From the NCBI GenBank assembly GCA_030704615.1, contig CM060733.1, positions 5,456,001 to 5,520,000 of the forward strand: a DNA stretch of 64,000 nucleotides. The letters run 5' to 3'. The notes below the pieces were generated by a model. That model saw only the letters and a program-made list of their open reading frames with translations. It did not search any database and was not told the DNA's origin. The position numbers and the translations under genes are program-made. The DNA comes from Takakia lepidozioides. Taxonomy: Eukaryota; Plantae; Bryophyta. Of this stretch, positions 25,802 to 38,899 are shown in pieces. Position 1 is the stretch's first letter. The number at the start of each line of letters is the position of its first letter.

Positions 25802-28616
25802 CACACCCCTACCAACAGGGAGTCGATGTCCTCATCGACTTGTCTATTTTGTAGAAACAAACATCCAAGTTGTGGCATTCCACATCAAGGAGTTTGTTTC
25901 CGTACCATGGTGTCCCATGGCAAAGAACCAAACCCCCACTTGACTCAACTCTCCACTAGCTAGCTCGGCCGACTTCCTCCAAGTCCCGGCCAAGGGTGGA
26001 GCCTCTCAAGCTCCTCCCAGTGCACTCTTCTTGGCCCACTTCAAGGCCAAGGAATGATCCTCCCCGAGGATCGAATCGCCTTACTGCAACAACATTACTT
26101 GCGACCGCTCATGATGTTGCTTTTGGCATCACCTTGAGCAAGGGTTCAACCTTGCGCACTAGCACGTGAACACCCAAAGAAGGCGCAAGTTTATTTGCCC
26201 CTTGGATGGGAGTCACCCGATTTCGGCACTACGCAAACACACGATTAATCCAATTTACCTCTCTTATTTTTGTAAGCTAGCATGCATTCTACACACTAGC
26301 CAACCATACCATGCATCACCATTCCAAACAAAATAGGACACACAACATTTGGAAACCATTTCATTTATAACAAAATTTGTACAATACAAGTTTTTGCAAT
26401 CGGATTCCTGAGCTAGCTAAGTCGGGCTAAGCATGCATTTCCTCCCCCACGCTCCAAGGTTGATGTCCCCATCAACGCTTCTTCCGCTTTTGAGGTCGCC
26501 CTTCAAAAGCTGTAACCGCCTCGGATGCGTTTCCCATTTCTGAGGCACGCACCCAAGTTGTCTCCACTTGATGATAGCCCTTCCATTTCACGAGATACTC
26601 CATTTCTCGATTCTTGAACCTCCTTGACTTAAACATTGCCTCCACCTCGTACTCAGGTTCATTTTCATGATCCAACAGCATAGGTGGCAGACGCAACACT
26701 TGATGCCGATTCGGACGCGATTCATCTTTGAAGTAAGGCTTCAAAAAAGAGACGTGGAATACCGGATGCACCTTGCTGTTTGACGACAGCTCCAATTCAT
26801 ACACATCCTCATTCATAACCTTTCGGATGCGAAAGGGTCCCGCATACGGAGGCACGAACTTCGGACTCACTTCCGGAGGTAGTCGAAAATTCTTGATGTT
26901 CAACCAGACCTCCGTGCCTACCTCAAACTTAACTTCCCTCCGCTTCCGATTCGCCTGCCATTCATACCGTTTCCTAGCTTTGGCTATGTTGTACTTTGCG
27001 AGCTTCAACAAACAATCGTGTTCTTCCAGCACCGCTGCTGCTGCCGGTTCCTCAACGTCCTGGGCGGCCCAACTTGTCGGCACCAAAGGTGTTTTTCCAT
27101 AGACCAATACGAAAGGGGAAACTCCCGTTGCGGTGTGTTTTGTGTTATTATAACAGAACTCTGCCGCATCCAAGTGCTCCACCTAGTCTGATTGGTCTGC
27201 CGACACATAATTCCACAAGATTTGCTTTGACACCACGGAATTCACTCTTTCCGTTTGGCCGTCCGTCGTAGGTCGGAAGGCGGTGCTCATCTTGAGCCTC
27301 AATTCTGGAGGTAGTCGAAAATTCTTGATGTTCAACCAGTCCTCCGTGCCTGCCTCAAACTTAACTTCCCTCCGCTTCCGATTCGCCTGCCGTTCATACC
27401 GTTTCCTAGCTTTGGCTATGTTGTACTTTGCGAGCTTCAACAAACGATCGTGTTCTTCCAGCACCGCTGCTGCTGCCGGTTCCTTAACGTCCTGGGCGGC
27501 CCAACTTGTCGGCACCAAAGGTGCTTTTCCATAGATCAATACGAAAGGGGAAACTCCCGTTGCGGAGTGTTTTGTGTTATTATTACAGAACTCTGCCACA
27601 TCCATGTGCTCCACCCAGTCCGATTGGTCTCCCGACACGTAATTCCGCAAGATCTGCTTCACCACGGAATTCACCCTTTCCATTTGGCCATCCGTCGTAG
27701 GTCGGAAGGCGGTGTTCATCTTGAGCCTTGTCCCCGTTTTCTTCCAGAACCCTCTAAAATTTACTTGTGAACTTTGGATCGCGGTCCGAGACAATATCCT
27801 TTGGGAGTCCATGATGCTTGAAGACGTGGGCGAAGTAAAGTTGTCTCGTCTCCTTGGTGGGAATGAAATTTGCCCATTTCAGGTTCCGCCATGTCCGCGA
27901 CTTTGAACAACTGCACATTGAAAGCCTGAACATATCCCTGAATATCATCCGTTTGCTTCAAATTCCTCATCTTGTCTCGGGCGAGCTAGGACGCGTTGAG
28001 GGGAACAAACTGTCTTTTCATAAGTTCCTTGAACCCACTCCAGTTCAAGGTTTCCGGGTTTAGACCTTGGTCATGAAGGCGTTTCTGCCACCATTGTTGG
28101 GCATAGCCCCTCAAATAGGTGGGAGCCACTTCCACCCGATCCTCGTCACTCAACTTGGCCGCCCGGAAGTACTGCTCTAGCTCCTAGAGCTAGGTGTTGA
28201 ATGCCTTCCGATTTTGGACGCCCTCGAAGGTGTTGGGTTCCTTAGGCTTCACCTTAAACTTTGCCTTTTTGGAAATGGCATTAGCCGCCATTAATACATC
28301 TTCCAACGTCCCGCCAAACTGCGCCAACAACCCTTCCCAAAAGGCTGCTGGCATGGGAGACATCTGTTGGTCTGGCGGAGCCTCCGGGATGTCCTCGGGC
28401 TTCGACTCCCCAGATTCCTCCCGCTCTTGAGTGGCCTCGCTTTCAAAAGCATGAATCGCCTCCTCAAATTGCCGCTTCGGTGACACGTCGCCCCCTTGCG
28501 GCTCACCAGAATCATCATCTTTCGGGCCGTTCCGCTTTCGCTTTGGCGTGCCCGACCCCATGATGAGGCCGATCTCAAGGACGATCGCGTACTAAACTCT
28601 AAGCTCCACTACCAAG

Positions 28617-29341
28617 TGTCGCACACCTTACTTCGGTAAGCTCCCCTTCAAGTCATAGTTACTCGCTTTGATGCGCGCGCCTAACTCCCAAACTGGCCGC
28701 CGGGCCAACTCGGAGCTTTGGCTGCTCACCGGGACATAACGGTCCCCCTTTACTCCTCCACTTGACCCTCTCTCAATTTGGGCCTAGTGGAAATTCCCTT
28801 TGGTCGATGGTAGTCCGGAACAGCTCCCCAACCTTGGTCGCTTTCCGGCTCGCACGCTTACTCACTAGTTTTTGGTCACCAACGGGCTTGTACCGTTCGC
28901 GGGATTACTACTCCCCATATATACTTTTGTGACTGTCCACGGGGGTTTCACAAACAACCATGCCATTTTATGGCAAACCACCACGAAAACCCTCGATTCC
29001 CGGTGATGAGTTGTGGTGAGTCTTGGCCACCCACCACGGCCCCATTGGACCGTGATGAGTCCCAAGACTCCCCACGACTCCCACCACAAGGTTTCTGCCC
29101 CCATGGTGAGTCCTATGCCACCCCCACTAAGACCCACTAAGCTACCACCGCCCCTCGTGGAACCACCCCCACCGCAACCCGGTGTGTGGGGCTCCACCTA
29201 GTGAGTGCCTCCGCCTCCTTGAGTGCCTTGGGCAATCAAGGGTGCTGCAGCCCCCGCATCTATTGTTGTCACCGCCCCCACCATAGGGGCAGCCCCTCTT
29301 GTGTCCCGACCCCCTGCCCTCAAGGCAAAGGGGCCGCGATA
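28617..29341 (-). repeat. 5' LTR of copy B
   Basis: Homologous LTR next to a degenerate PBS (TGGTAGTGGAGC). Confidence 0.9.
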
Positions 29342-29744
29342 GTGCATTTCACTCAGATATATCACATACCACAGACTTGTGCCTGATTCCGCTTGTTACG
29401 AAGGATCACTACCACCTTGGGCGGCTCACTCTGTGCGAAAGGTCCTCTAACAACTACTCTATGCATGCTGCGCTTCGTCATTGGTCAACAACACCCAACT
29501 CAGGGAGCCATCTATCTGCTCCAAAATGGTTGGTCTCCTTGGGCTTGCAGCGGGCACAAACAGATCGCGCTGCAAGGACCTGTTGGACATGGTCTGTGAG
29601 GCCATCATCACAGGCGGACTTGTATTAGGTGCCTTTGCTCGAACTTCCTCGGTTTCCATGCATTACCCCTGTCACCCGGGTTTCAATAATGTGCATCGGC
29701 TTAGCGGACATCTCTATAGAAATAGAGCAAGTTCACACAATTTG

Positions 29745-30465
29745 TGTCGCGGCCCTTTGCCTTGAGGGCAGGGGGTCGGGACACATCAGGGCTGCCCCTG
29801 GTGGGGCAGCGGCAGCGATAGGTATGGGGGGGGGCTGAGGCACCCTTGAGTGCCCAAGGCACCCAGGGAAGCGGAGGCGCTCACTAGGTGGAGCCCCGCA
29901 CACCGGGTTGCGGTGGGGGTGGCTCCACAAGGGGTGGTGGTAGCTTAGTGGGACTTAGTGGGGGTGGCATAGGACTCACCATGGGGCGGAGACCTCGTGG
30001 TGGGAGTCGTGGGGAGTCTTGGGACTCATCACGGTCCATAGGGGCCGTGGTGAGCGGGCCAAGACTCACCGCGACTCACCACCGGGAGTCGAGGGTTTTC
30101 GTGGTGGTTCGCCATAAAATGGCATGGCTGGTTGTGGAACCCCCGCGGACAGCTACAGAAGTATATATAGGGAGTAGTAACCCCGAGAACGGTGCAAGCC
30201 CGTTGGTGACCAAAACTAGTGAGTAAGCGTGCGAGCCGGAAAGCGACCAAGAGTGGGGAGCTGTTCCGGACTGCCATCTACCAAAGGGAATTCTCCTAGT
30301 CCCAAATAGGTGGAGGGTTAGGAGGAAGCGAAGGGGGACCGTTATGTCCCGGTGAGCAGCCGAAGCTCCAAGTTGGCCCGGGCGGCCAGGTTGGGAGTCA
30401 GGCGCGCGCATCAAAGCGAGTAACTATGACTTGAAGGGGAGCTTACCGGAGTGAGGTGCGCGACA
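29745..30465 (+). repeat. 5' LTR of copy C
   Basis: TGTCGC...CGCGACA; TATA-like gtatatata near 30161. Confidence 0.95.
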
Positions 30466-30467
30466 TT

Positions 30468-30479
30468 TGGTATCAGAGC
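30468..30479 (+). promoter_or_regulatory. Primer binding site, tRNA-iMet
   Basis: TGGTATCAGAGC two nt after the 5' LTR. Confidence 0.95.
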
Positions 30480-30519
30480 TTAGAGTTCAGTACGCGATCG
30501 TCCTTGGGATTGGCCTCAT

Positions 30520-33500
30520 CATGGGGTCGGGCAAGCCAAAGCGAAAGCGGAACGGCCCAAAAGATGATGATCCCGGTGAGCCCGATGGGGCGACGTGTCA
30601 CCGAGGCGGCCGTCTGAGGAAGCGATGAATGTTTCCAAAAACGAGGCCGCTCAGGAGCGGGAGGAATCCGAGGAGTCGGAGCCCGAGGAATCCTTGAGAG
30701 CTCCGACAAACCAAGAGATGCCTCCCATGCCGGCAGCCTTTTGGGAAGGGTTGTTGGCGCATTTTGGCGGGACGTTGAAAGACGTGTTGAAGGCGGCTAA
30801 TGCCACTTCCACTAAGGCAAAGTTTAAAGTGAAGCCTAAGGAACCCGGCACCTTTGAGGGCGTTCGAACCGGAAGGCACTCAACACCTGGCTCCTGGAGC
30901 TAGAGCAGTACTTCCGGGCGGCCAAGTTGAGTGACGAGGATCGGGTGGAAGTGGCTCCCACCTATTTGAGGGGATATGCTCAACAATGGTGGCAGAAACG
31001 CCTTCACGACCGAGGCCCAAGCCCGGAAACCTTGAACTGGAGTGGGTTCAAGGAATTGATGAAGAGACAGTTTGTGCCCCTCAACGCGTCCTGGCTTGCC
31101 CGGGACAAGATGAGGAATTTGAAGCAAACAGATGACATTCGGGGGTACGTCCAGGCTTTCAATGTGCTGTTGCTCGAAGTCGCGGACATGGCAGAACCAG
31201 AAATGGTCTTCAACTTTGTGGCGGGACTGGCCCCATGGGCCAGGCGGAAGTTGGAGGAGAAGCCACCCAAGACTTTGAACGAGGCAATTGAGAGGGCTGA
31301 ATGTTTCTCGGATGTCCCTAGGGGTGAAAGACAAGGCCGTACGGAGCTGAACCACAAGAAGATTCGGCGGGAAGGTGACCCCTTCCGACCGGAAAAGAAG
31401 TGGGATAGGCCACGCGGCGATAATGGCACGTGGAAATCGAAGGGAGGGCCTTCGTACGTCAAGGCGGCACCCGGTGCTCCGAAAGGAAAAGCGGGTGGAG
31501 CGGCTTATGGCGGACAGAAGGCGACCTTTGATGGAGTGTGTTTCAATTGCGGGGAGCCCGGGCACATGGCCAAGAAGTGCACGAAGCCCCGGCAATTGAA
31601 CATGACTCGGGCGACCACGGAGCTGTCGAAGATACCATCAGTCGCTTGGTGGAAGCGGTAGTCGCCAGGACTTGCAAGGTAGGCAACTATTCTTGTGAGT
31701 TGTATCAGGAAACTGGCGCCCTACGAAAAGGGAGTCAATTATTGTTCGTGGATGGATAATATCCGGAACTAACGTTCGTTGTTGGTGGACACAGGAGCGT
31801 CGCACTCCTTCATGACGCCGGTGGCGGCACGAAAGTTGGGACTCCCGACAAGTGACGTGGGGGCCTCTATTGAGGTGCGCTCTGCCAAAGGAGAACCTCA
31901 GTTGGCGACAAGGTTGGCGTTTGATGTTCCTCTTCAACTGGGGAGTTGGGAGGGACGTAAGAACTTCACTATCTGCGAGATCGATGGAGTGGATCTCATT
32001 TTAGGGATGACCTTCTTGAGCAAATCCGGAGCGGTCATAGATGGCCGCAAGAGAGTAGTCACGCTGCCATGTGGGAATGGTGGCGAGGTTTTACGAGTGT
32101 CGGAAACGCCCAAATCCGTGGGAGGGCGAATAAACCTTCTGTCAGCAAAGGAGTGGGCCGTGGAGGAGGCACACGAGTCCCAGTTTTTGCTTTACATTAG
32201 AGAAGTGAAAGGAGAAGGCGATGGGGAGCCGAGCCCAGATTGGATCAAGGGGATTTTGGAGAAATACCAGGATGTGATGCCGGAGGATTTACCAAGCGGC
32301 TTGCCTCCGCGAAGAGGAGTTGACCACAAGATTGAGGTGATACCGGGATCGGACCGCCTGCCAAGGCGCCCTACCGGTTGAGCCACAGAGAGTTGGTAGA
32401 GCTGAAGACTCAGCTCAAGGATCTAATGTCAAAGGGGTACATCCGGCCGAGTAAGTCACCTTACGGAGCCCCGGTGCTATTTGCAGACAAGAAGGATGGG
32501 ACGCTGCGGATGTGTGTCGATTACAGGGCTCTGAATAAGGTGACTATCAAAAACCGGTACCCTTTGCCAAGGATCGACGACCTCTTCGATCGGTTGGCAG
32601 GAGCAAAGTATTTCAGCCGGATCGACTTGCGCTCCGGCTATCACCAAATTCGGGTGGCAAAGGAGATGAGGAGAAGACCGCGTGCAGGACAAGGTATGGT
32701 TCATATGAGTTCTTGGTGATGCCTTTTGGGCTCACCAATGCACCAGCGACATTTAGCACGCTGATGAACAGCCTTTTCCAGGAGTGGTTGGATGACTTTG
32801 TGATCGTGTACATCGACGACATCTTGGTGTACTCGAAAACAAAGGAGGAGCACCTGGAGCACCTCAAAAGGGTGTTCCAAAAATTGCGAGAAGGGAAGCT
32901 GTATGCCAAAGCTTCAAAGTGCGAATTCGGGGTCACAAAAGTGGAGTTCTTGGGGCATGTGATTACACAGGATGGGATCAAAATGGATGACAGAAAGGTG
33001 AGGGCGATCTTGGACTGGGAGCCTCCGACTTCGGTCCCGGGAGTGCGATCCTTCCTAGGACTCGCCTCCTATTACCGAAAGTATGTGAGAAATTTCGCCA
33101 AGATCGCGGGGCCGCTGTCGGACCTTCTGTGTAAATCCAAAGTCTGGGTATGGAACACATTTTGTGGCCAAGCTTTTGCTGAATTGAAGCAGCGGATGAC
33201 GGAAGCTCCAGTCTTGAAAATCCCGGAGTTCGATCGTCCGTTTGAGATTCATACAGATGCATCAGACTTCGCAATTGGGGGTGTACTTATGCAAGATGGA
33301 CGTCCAGTGGCTTACGAAAGTAAGAAACTGAATGAAGTGGAGCGACGGTGGCCGACGCACGAAAAAGAGATGAAGGCGGTGGTGCATTGCCTTGAACTCT
33401 GGCGCCACTATGTTGGTTCCAACCCAGTGAAGGTGTTCTCGGACAATGTCACGGTGAAGTATTTTGCCACGCAGCCCAAGTTGTCCCCAAAACAACTTAG

Positions 33501-35073
33501 GTGGCAAGATACTTTGGCAGTATTCGACGTGGATATCCAGTACAAACCGGGACGGGACAATGTGGTGGCCGATGCTTTAAGTAGAAAGCAGCAGCTCTTG
33601 TTGGTGTACAAGGGCGAGACGGCGCTCCAAAGGAAGATCCGGAAGGCTTGCTGGAAGGATGAGCTGGCAAGTGCGTGATGCAGGACTTGAGAATGGGGGT
33701 TAAATCGCAGTTCCACTTGCAAAACGGACTGCTCCGGTATAAGCAAAAACGTCTCTATGTGCCAAAGGGAGGGATCAGGGATAGTCTCTTGAGAGAATGC
33801 CATGATAGCCCGCTTGCGGGCCACGTGGAGCCAAGCGCACTGCGGCACTCTTGAAGAAAGAATATTTCTGGCCCAAACTGAGGGAGGAGGCAGAGGAGTA
33901 TGTCAAGACATGCACCACATGCCAACAAAACCGGAGCGAGTACAAAAAGCAAGCGGTGCTGTTACAACCCTTGCCGATTCCAGAGGGACTTGGGAAAGCG
34001 TCTCGATGGATTTCATGACTGCTATGGCCGCTGTCAAAAGGATTCGAATGCAATCATGGTGGTGTAGATAGGTTCAGTAAAATGGCCCATTTCATCATCC
34101 CCACCAAGGAGACGGCAACGGCGCAGGAGACAGGGCGACTTTACTTCGCCCACGTCTTAAAGCATCATGGAGTCCCGAAGGATATTGTCTCTACCGCGAT
34201 CCAAAGTTTACGAGTAATTCTGGAGAGCACTTTGGAAGAAGATGGGGACGAGGCTGAAGATGAGCACCGCCTTCCGACCTACGACGGACGGCCAAACGGA
34301 AAGAGTGAATTCCGTAGTGAAGCAATTCTTGCGGAATTACGTGTCGGCAGACCAATCAGACTGGATGGGACACTTAGACGCGGCAGAGTTCTGTTATAAT
34401 AACACAGAACACTCCGCGACGGGAGTTTCCCCTTTTGTGTTGGTCTATGGAAAAGCACCTCTGGTGCCGACAAGTTGGGCCGCCCAGGACGTTGAGGAAC
34501 CGGCAGTAGCGGCGGTACTGGAAGAACGCGAGCGTTTGTTGAAGCTCGCAAAGTACAACATTGCCAAAGCTAGGAAACGGTATGAAAGGCAGGCGAATCG
34601 GAAGCGGAGGGAAGTGAAGTTTGAGGCAGGCACAGAGGTCTGGTTGAACATCAAGAATTTTCGACTACCTCCGGAAGTGAGTCCGAAGTTCGTACCTCCG
34701 TATGCGGGTCCCTTTCGCATTCGGAGGTTATGAATGAGGATGTGTATGAATTGGAGCTGCCGGCAAACAGCAAGGTGCACCCAGTATTCCATTCTCCCTT
34801 TTGAAGCCTTACTTCAAAGATGAAGCACGTCCGAATCGGCAGCAAGTGTTGCGTCCGCCACCTATGCTGTTGGATCATGAAAATGAACCTGAGTACGAGG
34901 TGGAGGCAATACTTAAGTCGAGGAGGTTCAAGAACCGAGAAACGGAGTATCTCGTCAAATGGAAGGGCTATCATCTTGTGGAGGCATCTTGGGTGCGTGC
35001 CTCAGAAATGGGAAACGCATCCGAGGCAGTTGCAGCGTTCGAAGGGCGACCTCAAAAGCGGAAGAAACGTTGA
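30520..35073 (+). CDS. gag-pol polyprotein of copy C (multiple 1-bp frameshifts)
   Basis: Consecutive ORF pieces 30595-30903, 30927-31661, 31779-32381, 32378-32719, 32713-33678, 34242-34733, 34801-35073 give gag-PR-RT-RH-IN-chromo in order. Confidence 0.9.
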
Positions 35074-35979
35074 TGGGGACATCAACCTTGGAGCGTGGAG
35101 GAGGAAATGCATGCTTAGCCCGGTTTAGCTAGCTCAGGAATCCGATTGCAAAAAACTTGTATTGTACAAACATTTGTTATAAAGGAAATGGGTTCCAAAT
35201 ATTGTGCGTCCTATTGTGTTTGGAATGGTGATGCATGGTGTGTTTGGCTAGTGTGTAGAATGCATGCTAGCTTACAAAAGTGGGAGAGGTAAATTGGGTA
35301 ATCGTGTGTTTGCGCAGTGCCGAAATCGGGTGACTCCCATCCCAGGGGCAAGGAAACTTGCGCCTTCTTTGGGAGTTCACGTGCTAGTGCGCACCTGGCG
35401 CGTGCGCGTACTATAATTGCGCTACCGAGGGGGTTGCCTTGTAGTGCGGGCTAACGCGGAAGCTACGTGCTTCCGTTCACGTACTATAATCGTGTAACCT
35501 CGGGACGAAGTCGTAGTGCGGCTTCGACGTGTTCCCGTACCTCAGGCCAGCATTCCAAGGCGGACCCAATTGTAGTGATTGAGGCGCACGGTTGGTTCAA
35601 GTTTATCTTCCTAGTCAAAGAGGGTTCCAGGTGAACCCTTGCTCAAGGTGATGCCAAAAGCGGCATCATGAGCGATCGCAAGCAATGTTGTTGCAGTAAG
35701 GCGATTCGATCCTCGGGAGGATCGTTCCTTGGCCTTGAAGTAGGCCAAGAAGAGTGCACTGGGAGGAGCTGGAGAGGCTCCACCCTTGGCCGGGACTTGG
35801 AGGAAGTCGGCCGAACTAGCTAGTGGAGAGTAGAGTCAAGTGTGGGGTTTGGTTCTTTGCCATGGGACGCCATGGTACAGGAAACAAACTCCTTGATGTG
35901 GGACGCCACAACTTGGATGTTCGTTTCTACAAAATGGACAAGTCGATGAGGACATCGACTCCCTGTTGGTAGGGGTGTG

Positions 35980-36702
35980 TGTCACGGCCCTTTGCCTTGA
36001 GGGCAGGGGGTCGGGACACATCAGGGGCTGCCCCTGTGGTGGGGGCAGCGGCAGCGATAGGTATGGGGGGGCTGAGGCACCCTTGAGTGCCCAAGGCACC
36101 AGGGAAGCGGAGGCGCTCACTAGGTGGAGCCCCGCACACCGGGTTGCGGTGGGGTGGCTCCACAAGGGGTGGTGGTAGCTTAGTGGGACTTAGTGGGGTG
36201 GCATAGGACTCACCATGGGGCGGAGACCTCGTGGTGGGAGTCGTGGGGAGTCTTGGGACTCATCACGGTCCATAGGGGCCGTGGTGATCGGGCCAAGACT
36301 CACCGCGACTCACCACCGGAGTCGAGGGTTTTCGTGGTGGTTCGCCATAAAATGGCATGGCTGGTTGTGGAACCCCCGCGGACAGCTACAGAAGTATATA
36401 TAGGGAGTAGTAACCCCGAGAACGGTGCAAGCCCGTTGGTGACCAAAAACAAGTGAGTAAGCGTGCGAGCCGGAAAGCGACCAAAGAGTGGGGAGCTGTT
36501 CCGGACTGCCATCTACCAAAGGGAATTCTCCTAGTCCCAAATAGGTGGAGGGTTTAGGAGGAAGCGAAGGGGGGACCGTTATGTCCCGGTGAGCAGCCGA
36601 AGCTCCAAGTTGGCCCGGGCGGCCAGGTTGGGAGTCAGGCGCGCGCATCAAAGCGAGTAACTATGACTTGAAGGGGAGCTTACCGGAGTGAGGTGCGCGA
36701 CA
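35980..36702 (+). repeat. 3' LTR of copy C
   Basis: Copy of the 5' LTR followed by TSD ATTTG. Confidence 0.95.
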
Positions 36703-37334
36703 ATTTGTAGGTTATACAAGAAACCATTAAGAGCGCCAATGCAAGTTGATCATTGTTGTACAAGTACGCACCCTCGGCCATAGCGAGACCTTGTCTGGAC
36801 GAACAGAAATACCACACAGCAGTGGTATGCATCATGTGGCCATGCGCTGCGCTCGATCAAGGAAACGGAGGCGGGTGCTGCTCAGCGCCAAAGCCTTACT
36901 GCACACGGTTGAAACGGCATCAAGGCCAGGGGCACCCGCCATGCTCACAGATATGCTACTGTACCAGAATACATGAGGTTCACGGAGCTATGTTGAGGTC
37001 CCCGGTTTGCCTCTACTGACAACCAGACTGACGCCCAAGCATCCCCGCCTACATTGCCTTACAATATGCTGCGGTAGAGTTCCCACGCTTCTTGGCCACG
37101 AATCAGCGGGGCCACCGGGCACGCCTACAAAGGTTGTGAGACAAACCCCTACTCCCCACCATTTGAATTCTGCTATGCTTTCTACAGGCACGATGATCTG
37201 GAAAACCAAACTCATCCTCCCCTCTCTTACACTGCATTAGCATTCTGCTACACCGTTAGCAACTGCTGTTCTAAGCCACCCAAAGGGCGACCGTTTGGAG
37301 GCTGTGATGGCTGCATATGTGTGGGGGAAAAGAA

Positions 37335-38480
37335 GCGAAGGGATAGAGTGTGGCCAGATTTTAGGCACAAGATTACTTATGATTCCCTGTGAATCAATAG
37401 CTACTAGCAACCTGCATGGGTAGATGGTCAACTGGAAGCTGCAGCAGCAACAACACAAATAGATAAATTCAGGCACTACTAATGAAGGCACCTTCTTCAA
37501 CACATTTCACCCTGTTTTTCCCTCTTATCAGAATCGGCCCTGAATTTTCATGTTGAATTCTGCAAGGTGTTGGTTGAGTAAACCTTTGATAGTTTGGAGT
37601 GACTGACTGATATTGCCAATGTGACAACAGGAAAGTATCCAGAAACAGGTAACAGAGACAACGAGACCAGGAGTTGTGGAATGAATACTTTTCTGACCCC
37701 AATCAATGGTGGGACAATCGAGGCAAAAGGTAAATGCCTGTTGGATTACAGAGAATAGCAAATGCAATTGAGCATAGGAACTAGTGTGATAAGTTGAGTT
37801 GGGTGTTTCCTAGAACAATTCTAGGCTTTCATTGTCAGTTGCTAGCAGCACAAAAAGGGTGAATGCATGATTTGTGCAAAGGCATGGATAGCTGAAGGAG
37901 CAGGGATAGAGTGTGGGTCCAGATTCATCTAAGAGGGCCAGATTTCAAGCTCCACATTACCTGTGATTCCCTGTGGATCAATAGCTACCAGAAACCTGCA
38001 TGGGTAGATGGTCAACTGGCAGCAGCGGCACAATTGATATAATCAGGCACTTGCTAATGAAAGCATCTTCTTCATTACATTTCCCTCTTATTAGAATATG
38101 CCCTAACTTTCCATGTTGAATTCTGCAAGTTAGTTGGTTGAGTGAATCTAGTTTGGAGTGACTTTGACATGATACTGCCGATGTGACAACAGGAAAGTAT
38201 CCAAAACTAGGTAACAGAGACGAGGACAAGCTGTGGAATGAATACTTTTCTGACCCCAGTCAATGGTGGGACAATCGAGGCAAGAAGGTGAATGCTTGTT
38301 GGATTATAGAGAGTAGCAGATGCAATTGAGCATAGGAACTAGTGTGATAAGTTGAGTTGGGTGTTTCCTAGAACAAATCTAGGCTGTCATCGTCAGCTGC
38401 TAGCAGCAAGACAAGGATGTATGCTTGATTTGTGCAGAGGCATGGATAGCTGAAGGAGCAAGGATATAGTGTGGGTCCAG
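37335..38480. repeat. Tandem duplication, two ~570-bp units
   Basis: Blocks such as acctgcatgggtagatggtcaactgg and gcaattgagcataggaactagtgtgataagttgagttgggtgtttcctagaacaa occur twice, ~560-585 bp apart. Confidence 0.9.
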
Positions 38481-38899
38481 AGTCAGTGTTTTCCGCCTTG
38501 GCAGGTTGCTCAGTGACCTTCCCTGATAGCTTTGGAGTATAGTGAGTGTCTCACAATGCAATGTTGTTGGTGCATCTTATGCAGGAACTTGGAAAACAAA
38601 CAAATGTCGTTTTTTGGAGCTTTAGGCTGAACGTCTGTGCTAGGCTGCATTGTGCAGCCTGGCCTCTACCTCAGACTCAGACTCAGATCTTTGATCTCAG
38701 ACTCAAACTCAAACTCAAACTCTTTGATGTCAGACTGAAGTGTATTTGGGCACTGAAACACTTATGTAATTTTGAATTATCGTTGCATCTGCTCATTCTA
38801 TCTGTTGTTCTGGCCATGCTTAGTCAGTTTTTCATGTCATGAGCATGTTGTTGCCATGATGCTTTGGAATTGTGTTTAGGTGTCTTTAGATCGTGATAC

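Larger units (their letters stand above)
25084..29341 (-). mobile_element. Chromovirus copy B, internally deleted (no PR/RT/RH), two LTRs
   Basis: LTRs 25084-25801 and 28617-29341; flanks ctgca / gtgca (4/5 TSD); gag fused to integrase at ~27875; ~430-bp tandem duplication in integrase; chromodomain at 26472-26660. Confidence 0.92.
29745..36702 (+). mobile_element. Full-length chromovirus Ty3/gypsy LTR retrotransposon, copy C
   Basis: Near-identical TG..CA LTRs (29745-30465, 35980-36702); perfect 5-bp TSD ATTTG (29740-44, 36703-07); PBS; gag with CCHC ([14 protein letters not shown]), protease ([10 protein letters not shown]), RT, RNase H, integrase with GPF motif and chromodomain (YEVEAIL...YLVKWKGY). 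Confidence 0.98.

Noticed and set aside
27860-27890. Spliced gag-integrase retrocopy
   Set aside because: No AG acceptor at the junction; AAATGG microhomology explains it.
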